64,000 nucleotides of DNA, taken from Pseudomonadota bacterium. GTDB taxonomy: Bacteria > Pseudomonadota > Gammaproteobacteria > Steroidobacterales > SZUA-146. How positions within the stretch are numbered: the first letter of the stretch is position 1; each line of letters opens with the position of its first letter. The stretch spans positions 49,043 to 113,042 of the forward strand of contig JBCCHD010000004.1 of assembly GCA_039028935.1 (NCBI GenBank), given 5' to 3'. Shown piece after piece: positions 29,440-37,879 of this stretch. The notes beneath the pieces were generated by a model. The model saw nothing but the letters and a program-made list of their open reading frames with translations. It did no database searches and was not told where the DNA came from. The position numbers were made by a program, and so were the translations under genes.

Positions 29440-29690
29440 ATTATGCTCTTTTTTGCCTCTTCTCCTCTTCTCCTTGGGGGGACCAGAGTATTTCCGTTGC
29501 ACGTCGCTCTGCGCGTTGTCGAGCATGCCGAGTCCGTTTCACTCGTCATACTCGTTTCCCGTTGGCTGAAACACCTGGCAGGCCCGCGGGAGCGCGTCTT
29601 GTTGGCGGCTTTTACTGTCTACAAAGCAAGTCTTGGGCCAAGTTTGAGCTAACCCGCCCGAAATGCCCGATATCAGGCATTGGCTTATAA
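29440..29690. ncRNA. Candidate structured small RNA. It has local resemblance to 6S RNA (plus orientation), or alternatively is a terminator-ended minus-strand sRNA. Class unresolved.
   Basis: No credible ORF. Imperfect long-range stem 29501-29515 / 29585-29597. Hairpins at 29529-29545 and 29632-29642. A 21-nt polypyrimidine tract plus G6 at 29455-29481. See findings. Confidence 0.3.
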
Positions 29691-29878
29691 AAACTGTGAA
29701 GCGGTTCACACTATTGTGGCGATTTTCGTTGCGGTATCGGTGATTCGTGACGAGTCGTTCATAGCGAAAAAAAGTGATTTGTAAGAGAATTCGACGCTCT
29801 CAACACCCCGATGCCCATTCAGCGTGGGTTCAACACCTGCGCGTCATACTCACTCAACTGCTATAGGGAAGATGGCTT

Positions 29879-30511
29879 ATGAACTATCGATTGCACTACT
29901 TACTCGCCTGCCTCGGCGGTGTGAGTCTTTTGACGAGCTGCGCGTCTTTGAGTCCCGAGGAGTGCCTGGCTGCTGACTGGCGTGCCATCGGCTACGAGGA
30001 CGGGCTGGTCGGCAGCGCGGGACGTTTAGCGGCCCACCGCAAGGCGTGCGCCAAAGTGAGTGTCACGCCCGATCTCGATGAGTATGAGCGCGGTCGAACA
30101 GAAGGCGTGCGTCGCTTCTGTATCCCGACCAATGGCTTTGAGGCGGGTCGTCAGGGTCGTCAATACGAAGGCGTGTGCCCCAGCGACTTGGAAAGCGCAT
30201 TTCTCGAGGCGTTTGAAGACGGGCGCGCCTTATACGCGCTAGAGCAAATCGTGGACGATATCGAAGATCGCATCGACGATATCGAACGCGACATCGAGCA
30301 AGACGAGGATGCGATACGCGATTTAGAGCGCGAACTCGTCGACAACCCCGGCGACGCGAACAATCGTCAGCGCCTCGTGGATGATATTCGGCGCAAATCG
30401 CAGGACACGGAAGCGCATCGGATCGAGCTGGTTGTGCTCAATCGTGATCTGGTCGCCGCCGAACGCGATCTGGATGACTATCTGGACTTTCTCGGCGATA
30501 GCTACCGCTAG
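29879..30511 (+). CDS. Lipoprotein with N-terminal Cys-rich domain (DUF2799-like) and acidic coiled-coil tail
   Basis: Lipobox LLTSC. Repeated C..ADW..GY.DG / C.P.NGF.AG..G..Y.G.C pattern. The C-terminal half is highly acidic and helical. The DUF name is from memory. Confidence 0.6.
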   Translation: MNYRLHYLLACLGGVSLLTSCASLSPEECLAADWRAIGYEDGLVGSAGRLAAHRKACAKVSVTPDLDEYERGRTEGVRRFCIPTNGFEAGRQGRQYEGVCPSDLESAFLEAFEDGRALYALEQIVDDIEDRIDDIERDIEQDEDAIRDLERELVDNPGDANNRQRLVDDIRRKSQDTEAHRIELVVLNRDLVAAERDLDDYLDFLGDSYR

Positions 30512-30628
30512 ACGCGGCGCGCGCTCATCGGGCGGGTGCGAATGCGGCGCTCGCCTAAATCGCGTCCACGTCGCGCGACAAGAAAGCGGCTCGCTCCGAT
30601 ACTGCGTTGAGGAGATCGGAACCCGTCG

Positions 30629-31609
30629 TTAGCCCGATCGGGCCAAAAAAGCGCGGACGGCCGACGCCGTCGGGATGGCCGTTTGCGCACCGAGCTCGGT
30701 GCAGGCCAAGGCTGCCGCGGCCTGAGCCACACGTGTCGCAGCCGGTAGTGTTTGGCCAGCGGCCAGCTGGGCGGCGAGCGCACCACAGAACGTATCGCCC
30801 GCCCCCGTCGTATCGATCGCCTCTACTTCAAACCCCGGCTGTCGTAGACCCACACCCTCCTCACTGAGGTACACACCGTGCGGACCGAGTGTTACCACGC
30901 ACTCGCGAACCCCCAGTGCGTGAACGACCGAACAGGCCCGCCGCAATGCCTCGTCGCCTGCGGGCTGGCCAGTTCGCAATCCAGAGGTCGCATTCGAGCC
31001 TGATGGACCAGACACCGGATCGTCCATGCGCGCCAGAAGATGCGCAAGCTCAATTTGATTGACCACAAGCGTGTCGACTCCCGTCAGCTCCAGGCGATCC
31101 AGTGCGCCGACCGGTGCGGCGTTGAGCATGTGTCGGCCGGCAGGAAGGCTCAGTGCCTTACGGACGGTCGCAACCGGAATTTCAAGCTGCATCAGCACCA
31201 CGGCGGCACGTTCGATGACCGCCTGCGCCGGCGCGAGCAGCGTGGCGTTGCACATTGCGTTGGCGCCCGGCGCCACGCCGATACAGTTTTCTCCGTCCGC
31301 GTCGACAAAAATCAACGCCGTACCGGTCGGTTCAGCGCTCGGCACCATGAACTGGCAATCCAAGCCTTCAGACACCAGATTCTCACGCGCCATTCGGCCG
31401 TAGTCGTCATCACCCACCGCGCTGATGAAAGTTACCGGTGCCCCGCCCCGCGCGGCCGCGAGCGCCTGATTGGCCCCTTTGCCACCCATGGCCTGAACAA
31501 ACGCACCGTCGCCGACGGTTTCACCCGGCGTCGGTAAGTGAGCGACCTGCATCACTAAATCGATGTTGGTACTGCCGATCACCACCACCGAGCCGGTTGA
31601 CCCGCTCAT
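30629..31609 (-). CDS. rbsK: Ribokinase (PfkB family)
   Basis: VVVIGSTNIDLV..HLPTPGETV, GGKGANQA, and the C-terminal DTTGAGDTFCGALAAQLA anion-hole motif. Confidence 0.8.
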   Translation of the reverse strand: MSGSTGSVVVIGSTNIDLVMQVAHLPTPGETVGDGAFVQAMGGKGANQALAAARGGAPVTFISAVGDDDYGRMARENLVSEGLDCQFMVPSAEPTGTALIFVDADGENCIGVAPGANAMCNATLLAPAQAVIERAAVVLMQLEIPVATVRKALSLPAGRHMLNAAPVGALDRLELTGVDTLVVNQIELAHLLARMDDPVSGPSGSNATSGLRTGQPAGDEALRRACSVVHALGVRECVVTLGPHGVYLSEEGVGLRQPGFEVEAIDTTGAGDTFCGALAAQLAAGQTLPAATRVAQAAAALACTELGAQTAIPTASAVRAFLARSG

Positions 31610-31643
31610 GTCATATTCGCTCCGCGGTAGACGGGGGACGTTG

Positions 31644-32621
31644 TCATACCAAGCGCGCCATCACGGTTCGGTATTCGTCGAGCACCGCCTCACGGTCAAC
31701 GTCGACACAGACGTCAACCAGCGGACGGTCTTGCCAAGCGGACACAAACCAATCCTGCTCGCCTTCAGACAAGATTGTCTGGCCGGCGCCGGCGCCGGTC
31801 GTCGGAACGCGAATTTGACCACGAACCGTATCAAATAACGTTGGTTTTACTGCGTATATCGCCGCCGACGAGTCGTGTACGTAGCACCCGTTAAGTCCTC
31901 GCCACTCACGATGAAATCCCGTGTAGACGCGGCTGATTTGGTAAATAAACTCGCCGACTTCGCCGGCCGTGCGACGGAGCGAATCAAAGTCGTCATCCGT
32001 CATAAACACTTGTTGTGTAACATCGAGGCCGACGAGTGTCAGCGGCATCGGCGCGCCAAATACCTCGTCCGCTGCGATCGGATCGCCAAAGACGTTTGCC
32101 TCAGCGACCGGTGATACGTTGCCCGAGTGGCCATGCCGACCGGTGGCACCACCCATTATGATCACCTGCTTGACCGCTCGCGCAATGCTCGGTTCACGGC
32201 GCAACGCCAACGCCAAATTGGTCAGGCGACCGACGGTGATAACCGTAATTTTGCCGGGATTGGCCATCACTGTTTCCGCGATATAGTCCGCCGCGTGTTG
32301 CGACTCGGGCTGGCGCCTCTTGACCACCGGCCCAATATTGCCGAGTCCATCCTGGCCATGAATCAACGCAGGTGGTGGCAAAGGATTGGTGCCATCAAGA
32401 CCCACCCCCTCACCCACATACACGGGCGCATCGATACCAAAGCGCTCACCCATATACAGCGTATTGCGTGTAGTGAGTTCAACCGGCGCATTCCCAACCC
32501 CAGTACAAATACCCCGTAATCGCACTGACGGTGAACCGTGGAGATACAGCAGGGCCATCGCGTCGTCCACGCCCAGATCCGTATCGAAAATAACGTCCAA
32601 CACAGGGGCAGCCTGTATCAT
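31644..32621 (-). CDS. Nucleoside hydrolase (inosine/uridine-preferring family)
   Basis: N-terminal aspartate cluster DTDLGVDDAMAL (DxDxxxDD). The start shares 1 nt with the stop of the upstream oxygenase gene (TAATG). Confidence 0.85.
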   Translation of the reverse strand: MIQAAPVLDVIFDTDLGVDDAMALLYLHGSPSVRLRGICTGVGNAPVELTTRNTLYMGERFGIDAPVYVGEGVGLDGTNPLPPPALIHGQDGLGNIGPVVKRRQPESQHAADYIAETVMANPGKITVITVGRLTNLALALRREPSIARAVKQVIIMGGATGRHGHSGNVSPVAEANVFGDPIAADEVFGAPMPLTLVGLDVTQQVFMTDDDFDSLRRTAGEVGEFIYQISRVYTGFHREWRGLNGCYVHDSSAAIYAVKPTLFDTVRGQIRVPTTGAGAGQTILSEGEQDWFVSAWQDRPLVDVCVDVDREAVLDEYRTVMARLV

Positions 32622-33463
32622 TAGTTGCGCGCCTCACGCAACTCGGCCAGCCGCTGTTTTAAATAGCCGTCCGCCGTATATCGCTCGGACAGCACCACAT
32701 CGGGCCGCGGGTGCAAAAACAACGGCAATGAAATCCGTGATCGATTGTGATCCGCATCCGGAGGATTGATCACTCGATGGGTTGTGGATGGAAAATAGCC
32801 GTCCGAGGCCTCTTGGAGCATATCGCCGGTGTTGATAATCAGGCTGCCAAAATCACAGGGTACGTCCATCCAAGAACCATCCCGCCGACGCACCTGGAGA
32901 CCGGGTTCCTGTGAGGCGGGCAAAATGGTGATGAGATTAATGTCCTCATGCGCTGCAGCACGAATGGCACTCGGTAATTCATCTCCCTGAAGCGGCGGAT
33001 AATGCAATATACGCAGCATCGACTGTTCGGAATCGACGAGCATATTCGGCAGCGGCTCGGAATAGGCCTCGCGGACAGCGGTGGGGCTGTGGGCCTCGAT
33101 CCACCCGAGCAATTCGGCGGCAAAGGCACTGGTCGCGTCAAAATAGGCCAGTAGCTCATCACGCAGGTTGTCGGGGCATTGTCCCCATGTGTAAAACTGA
33201 AAGTACTCTTTGATATCCCGGATATCGCTGTGTTTAGCGGCTTCCGCTTCCTCGATCGGGAAAAAGCCGTCATGCGCGGCGGTTTTGAGGTAATCGTGCT
33301 TGCGCTGATCGTCGAAAAATCCTTTCCAAGACGAGTAGATAGCATTGACCTGGTCGTGCTGCAGCGGGTGCTCGGTGAGGACGCCGAAACCCGTTTCTCG
33401 CAGACTGTCGACGAAACGTTGCGGTGCATCCCCGTCGGTATAGCAAATCGCGTCCAATTCCAT
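32621..33463 (-). CDS. 2-oxoglutarate/Fe(II)-dependent oxygenase (isopenicillin-N-synthase-like family)
   Basis: Facial-triad context AAHEDINLITIL ... STTHRV and a C-terminal RISLPLF. The start is ATG 33463 or 33508. Confidence 0.7.
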   Translation of the reverse strand: MELDAICYTDGDAPQRFVDSLRETGFGVLTEHPLQHDQVNAIYSSWKGFFDDQRKHDYLKTAAHDGFFPIEEAEAAKHSDIRDIKEYFQFYTWGQCPDNLRDELLAYFDATSAFAAELLGWIEAHSPTAVREAYSEPLPNMLVDSEQSMLRILHYPPLQGDELPSAIRAAAHEDINLITILPASQEPGLQVRRRDGSWMDVPCDFGSLIINTGDMLQEASDGYFPSTTHRVINPPDADHNRSRISLPLFLHPRPDVVLSERYTADGYLKQRLAELREARN

Positions 33464-33635
33464 GGGCGAATCATAACAAACGGGCGGCCCAAAATGCGGC
33501 GACGCCACACCGCCTAAGACTCTGTCTACTTCAGGGGTTGTACTTGTCGGGATTTCTTACAAGAATGTCATACTATGTGAAACGGATTCACTCATAACTA
33601 ATTTTAGTTGTTTTAATACAGGCACTTATCGTTTT

Positions 33636-33651
33636 TGGCACGGTGTATGCA
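33636..33651 (+). promoter_or_regulatory. Sigma-54-type (-24/-12) promoter candidate TGGCACggtgtATGCA
   Basis: GG and GC elements have the canonical spacing. It lies about 75 bp upstream of the PEP-CTERM gene start at 33726. Confidence 0.55.
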
Positions 33652-33725
33652 TAGTACAGACCACGAAACACCTATTTCCGTTCGCGCAAACGAACATTTA
33701 CTCCGTTTAGATTAGGATTATTACA

Positions 33726-34259
33726 ATGAAAATAAGTAAGTTTTTCACAGGTATGATCGCATCGCTGGCTGCAGCGTCTGTGTTCGCTATTCCTGTTGTG
33801 CTCGACATCACGTTTGACGATTTCCCGAACGAAACCTCTTTCGGTATCTGGGATGACTCAGCACTGGTTGGCGATATCTTCGCAGGTATCCCTTACGACG
33901 TTGACGCCAGCTCACCAATCGGCTTCGGCGACGGCTTCGTTCTTCCTGGCGACTTCGCCGGTGAAGGCCCTGGTCCTTGGCAGTTCGTTTGGGACCTGGA
34001 AGAAGGTGAGTACTTCTTCGCAATCTTTGATTCCTTCGGCGACGGCATCTGCTGCGGCTTCGGTAACGGCGAATACACGCTGACCGTTGACGGCGTTGAA
34101 GTGTTCTCAGGTGGCGAGTTCTTCGACATCGACCCTGTTGACGACAACGGCAACTACATCGGCAGCTTCACCGTTGCTGCAGCAGTTGCTGAGCCAAGCA
34201 CCCTCGCTCTGCTGGGTCTTGGCATGATCGGTCTGGCTGTGGCACGTCGCCGCGCCTAA
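33726..34259 (+). CDS. Small PEP-CTERM sorting-domain protein with a GDGICC-motif domain
   Basis: Signal peptide. Body with FDDFPNETSFGIWDD ... FAIFDSFGDGICCGFGNGEYTLTVDG. C-terminal anchor VAEPSTLALLGLGMIGLAVARRRA. Strong T/C-ending codon bias. Confidence 0.85.
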   Translation: MKISKFFTGMIASLAAASVFAIPVVLDITFDDFPNETSFGIWDDSALVGDIFAGIPYDVDASSPIGFGDGFVLPGDFAGEGPGPWQFVWDLEEGEYFFAIFDSFGDGICCGFGNGEYTLTVDGVEVFSGGEFFDIDPVDDNGNYIGSFTVAAAVAEPSTLALLGLGMIGLAVARRRA

Positions 34260-34281
34260 GGTCGAACTGCAATACCAAGAA

Positions 34282-34307
34282 AGCCCCGCCTTGTGCGGGG
34301 CTTTTTT
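34282..34307 (+). terminator. Rho-independent terminator
   Basis: AGCCCCGC-cttgt-GCGGGGCT hairpin followed by T6. Confidence 0.8.
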
Positions 34308-34347
34308 GTGCCCGCTCGTCGCATAACGTAATCTTGGTCCCTCTATC

Positions 34348-35820
34348 TTGTTCGGAATCACATTCAATATGACCCTTTTCCGCCTTGCTCGCGCGAACCC
34401 AACCACTCTGCGCACAATCCTTCTCGGCCCGATGCTGTTTGTTCTGCTCGCGGCCTGCGGTCCGAGCATCGATTTACCTGAGTTACCCGCTGTCGACACC
34501 AGTGCGTTGCTGGCGGACGTTGCGGATCAGCTCGACGCCAATCGAGCGCGGGTCGAAAAATCCCCTGGGAACGCCACGCTAGCTGGCCGTTACGGTCTGG
34601 TGCTCGCAACCTATGGACGCGATGAAGCCGCGGATGTCGCCTTTCAGCGCGCCCGATTGCTGGAGCCCGATGAAGCGCGCTGGGCGTTTTATCACGCCTT
34701 TGTGTTGCGCCGCTTGAGTCAGCCCGATGCGGCCCTTAGCGCCATCGAGGCCGGCCTGTCGGCGCAACCCGATCAAATCGACCTAGTGGTGAAGCGTGGC
34801 GAGCTGTTGTTTGATCTGGCGCGTTTCGACGAGGCAGAGGCCAACTTCGACCAAGCGCTGAATCGCAATCCCAAGTATCCGCTTGCGCAATACTACAAAG
34901 GTCGCATTCACATGACTCGGTCCGAGTGGCCTGAGGCGATCAAGCGGTTCGAGAATATGATCCAAGACGGCATTTTGGTTAACGAAGTGCATTTTAACCT
35001 CGCCACGGCCTATCGAATGAATGGCGACGCAGCGCTCGCCGAAGAGCAGCTCGCGCTCTCGCAAGGAGACAGCCAACTGAAGATTGCCGGCTTTGATCCG
35101 GTCAATATGAAGTTCGACACCCTGAATGTGGGCGACCAGCCTCACGTGCTGCGTGCGGCACGGCATTACCGAAGTGGCAACCTGAATGAAGCCATCGCTG
35201 AACTGCGACTCGCCTTTGACAAGAACCCAAATAACGCCGCGACCCACGCTAATTTAATTCGTATGTATGGCCAGAGCAGACAACTCGACAAAGCCATTGA
35301 GCACCACGAGCTTGGCAAGGCGATCGATCCCAACTATGCCTTGCTCGACAGCAATATGGGTTTTGCTTACGCCTCGTCCGGCGATTTCGCAAACGCCGTC
35401 GACGCATTGACTCGCGCTGCCGAGCAATCGCCCAATGACGCGGCGATACAGGCCGAACTCGGCTTTGCCTTGGGCAAAACAGGCCGGCTTGACGAGGGCA
35501 TCGAGCGCATGCAGCAGTCGCTGGAACTCAATGCCAATAATCGCGACTTGCGCTTTATATTGGGCGAGGCGATGGTCAAACAACGCCGTTTTCCAGAAGC
35601 CATCCAACTCTTCGAATCGGCCTTCGTACCCGGCGACCCCAAAACAGTCGCTATCATGCGTGCGTTAGCGCGCACCCATATGCTCTCGAGCAATCCGAGC
35701 GCCGCCGCGGCCACGTTAACCGATGCCATCGAACTTGCCGATTCGCTCGGCAAACCGGATATGGTTGAGGCACTCGAGGCCGATCTCGAGCGGGTGACCG
35801 TGGCTAGCTCGCCGAACTGA
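34348..35820 (+). CDS. TPR-repeat lipoprotein (paralog A)
   Basis: Lipobox LLAAC. TPR-like helical repeats throughout. It is collinear over its full length with the product of 37880-39271. Confidence 0.8.
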   Translation: MFGITFNMTLFRLARANPTTLRTILLGPMLFVLLAACGPSIDLPELPAVDTSALLADVADQLDANRARVEKSPGNATLAGRYGLVLATYGRDEAADVAFQRARLLEPDEARWAFYHAFVLRRLSQPDAALSAIEAGLSAQPDQIDLVVKRGELLFDLARFDEAEANFDQALNRNPKYPLAQYYKGRIHMTRSEWPEAIKRFENMIQDGILVNEVHFNLATAYRMNGDAALAEEQLALSQGDSQLKIAGFDPVNMKFDTLNVGDQPHVLRAARHYRSGNLNEAIAELRLAFDKNPNNAATHANLIRMYGQSRQLDKAIEHHELGKAIDPNYALLDSNMGFAYASSGDFANAVDALTRAAEQSPNDAAIQAELGFALGKTGRLDEGIERMQQSLELNANNRDLRFILGEAMVKQRRFPEAIQLFESAFVPGDPKTVAIMRALARTHMLSSNPSAAAATLTDAIELADSLGKPDMVEALEADLERVTVASSPN

Positions 35821-35848
35821 TTCAACTGGGTTTGCCGACATACTATCG

Positions 35849-37690
35849 ATGGCTCATAAGACTCTTGCGCAACGTTCGCCTTCCCGGCAACCCACAGCGA
35901 ATCCTTTCGCCAGCAGGCTCGTCATAGCGCTTTTATGCCTACTACCGTTGGCCTGCAGCGAACAACCCAATCCGCGCACACAGGACGGCCAACACGCGGA
36001 GCTCGGTGCGGCCGCCAGCGGGCCAACACTCACCACGCCAGCGTTCACCGACATTGCTGAGCAGTCTGGATTGTCTTTTTTTCACCACAGCGGCGCGACC
36101 GCGAAGAAGTTCTTTCCAGAAATTATGGGCAGTGGCGGCGCGCTCGTGGATTACGACAACGACGGTGATTTGGATGTCGTCTTAATTCAGAGCGGTCGCA
36201 TCAACCAAATTGATGACCCTCTTTTTCCCTTCGTTGACTCAACCAACCATGTCCAGCTCTTTCGCAACGATCTGCATCACGGCGCGCCGACGTTCACCAA
36301 TGTGACTGATACAAGCGGTCTTGTGCTCGAGGGTTACGGCATGGGGGTGGCAACGGGCGACCTCAACAACGACGGCTATGCCGACCTGTATCTCACTAAC
36401 GTTGGCACCAACGCGCTTTTTATCAACAACGGCAATGGCACCTTCACCGAGGCCGATGCGGGGATCGCGGATGATGACGCCGGCTGGTCCACCTCCGCGA
36501 GCTTTCTCGATTACGACCTCGATGGCCATCTCGATTTATTCATCACGCGCTATGTCGACGTTGACCTTGTAACGGGGCGCCGCTGCACCAGCAACGATGG
36601 CCAGCGCGACTACTGCTCGCCTGATGTGTACGTGCCATTGACCGATCTATTGCTTAAAGGTGACGGCTCAGGACGTCTTTCACCGGTTGAACGGTGGCAT
36701 GCCGGCGGTCCGGCACCGAGCACAGGGCTTGGTGTGATTGCCGCGGATTTCAACAGCGATGGCTGGACCGACCTGTATGTCGCTAACGACAAAAAGGCCA
36801 ACCAGCTCTGGATCAACCAAGCCAACGGCCTGTTTGAGGAAACGGCCGTGATGAACGGCAGTGCGTTTGACGCGAACGGCAAAGCCGAAGCGAGCATGGG
36901 TGTCACCAGCGGCGATGTCGACGCAGACGGTGACGAAGATCTGTTTATCACGCACCTTAAAGGCGAATCCAATACGCTGTACTTGAATCAAGGTAACGCG
37001 ATGTTTATCGATTCGACCATTGTCTTTCGGTTGTCGTCCAACAGCTTACCGTCAACCGGGTTTGGTACCGGATGGATCGATCCGGATAACGATGGCGACC
37101 TCGACCTATTTGCCGCGAATGGGGCCGTCATGATCGAGTCTAGCCAAATCAACACCGAGCCCTTTCCCTACGTGCAGGCGAACCAGCTTTTCGAGCAGAT
37201 CGAGGGCTTAAGTTTTGTCGACGCCAGCGCCCCGGCAGGCTTTGCCGATGAACGCCCTGAAATCAGTCGAGGTGCGGCATTTGGCGACATTGATAACGAT
37301 GGCGACATCGACATTCTCGTCACGAACAACGAGGGGCCCGTGCGTTTGTTGCGTAACGATCAATCCCATAACCATGCCTGGCTAGGCATCAGTGTACAGG
37401 GGGTCACCGCCAACCGGGACGCGGCCGGCGCACGCGTGGGCGTCGAACGGAACAATGCACCGACTCTGTGGCGCCGGGTCGGCACCGACGGCAGCTATCT
37501 GTCGGCCAATGACAAACGCGTACTGATCGGCCTGGGCGTCGATCCCTCGCTATCCGGTCTTGTGGTGAGCTGGCCAGACGGTCAAACCGAACGTTTTCCT
37601 ACGCCGACGCTAAATACGTTTATCACCCTGGTGCAAGGCGAGGGGCTGGACTTTTCCAGCGCTGAGCGCGACGTGAGCGGTACACCCTAA
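35849..37690 (+). CDS. CRTAC1-family lipoprotein (FG-GAP/VCBS repeats + ASPIC/UnbV C-terminal domain)
   Basis: Lipobox LPLAC. Repeated DxDNDGDxD(L/V) motifs (DYDNDGDLDV, DLNNDGYADL, DYDLDGHLDL, DFNSDGWTDL, DVDADGDEDL, DPDNDGDLDL, DIDNDGDIDI). C-terminal GARVGVE...GSYLSANDKRVLIGLG. Confidence 0.85.
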   Translation: MAHKTLAQRSPSRQPTANPFASRLVIALLCLLPLACSEQPNPRTQDGQHAELGAAASGPTLTTPAFTDIAEQSGLSFFHHSGATAKKFFPEIMGSGGALVDYDNDGDLDVVLIQSGRINQIDDPLFPFVDSTNHVQLFRNDLHHGAPTFTNVTDTSGLVLEGYGMGVATGDLNNDGYADLYLTNVGTNALFINNGNGTFTEADAGIADDDAGWSTSASFLDYDLDGHLDLFITRYVDVDLVTGRRCTSNDGQRDYCSPDVYVPLTDLLLKGDGSGRLSPVERWHAGGPAPSTGLGVIAADFNSDGWTDLYVANDKKANQLWINQANGLFEETAVMNGSAFDANGKAEASMGVTSGDVDADGDEDLFITHLKGESNTLYLNQGNAMFIDSTIVFRLSSNSLPSTGFGTGWIDPDNDGDLDLFAANGAVMIESSQINTEPFPYVQANQLFEQIEGLSFVDASAPAGFADERPEISRGAAFGDIDNDGDIDILVTNNEGPVRLLRNDQSHNHAWLGISVQGVTANRDAAGARVGVERNNAPTLWRRVGTDGSYLSANDKRVLIGLGVDPSLSGLVVSWPDGQTERFPTPTLNTFITLVQGEGLDFSSAERDVSGTP

Positions 37691-37879
37691 CTCGCCACTC
37701 GACTGCGGTGTTCGCAGCACTGATTCTGGTGCCAAGATTGATCGAACACATAAACGTGAACGGAGACACGCGGCATTCACGAGTACAAAGGGTATGATCA
37801 GTGCATGAACATCCAGACCCATTCGTCTGAGGCCGTCTTCCAGCTGATCAGCACGGCATGCCGTCGCGGGGCAATTCAA

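Noticed and set aside
29257-29652. 131-aa (+) and 61-aa (-, 29364-29549) ORFs in the 29.3-29.7 kb gap
   Set aside because: Both run through the terminator hairpin and/or the pyrimidine tract. They lack an RBS and have implausible composition. I treat the region as non-coding.
29780-29797. GacA-box-like TGTAAGagaattCGACGC upstream of the putative minus-strand sRNA
   Set aside because: Only the left half matches the TGTAAG-N6-CTTACA consensus, and there are too few GGA motifs for a confident Csr/Rsm call.
32839-33510. 223-aa minus-strand ORF overlapping the 2OG oxygenase gene in another frame
   Set aside because: It is an alternative-frame shadow, Ser/Arg/Pro-rich. The oxygenase frame carries the recognisable motifs.
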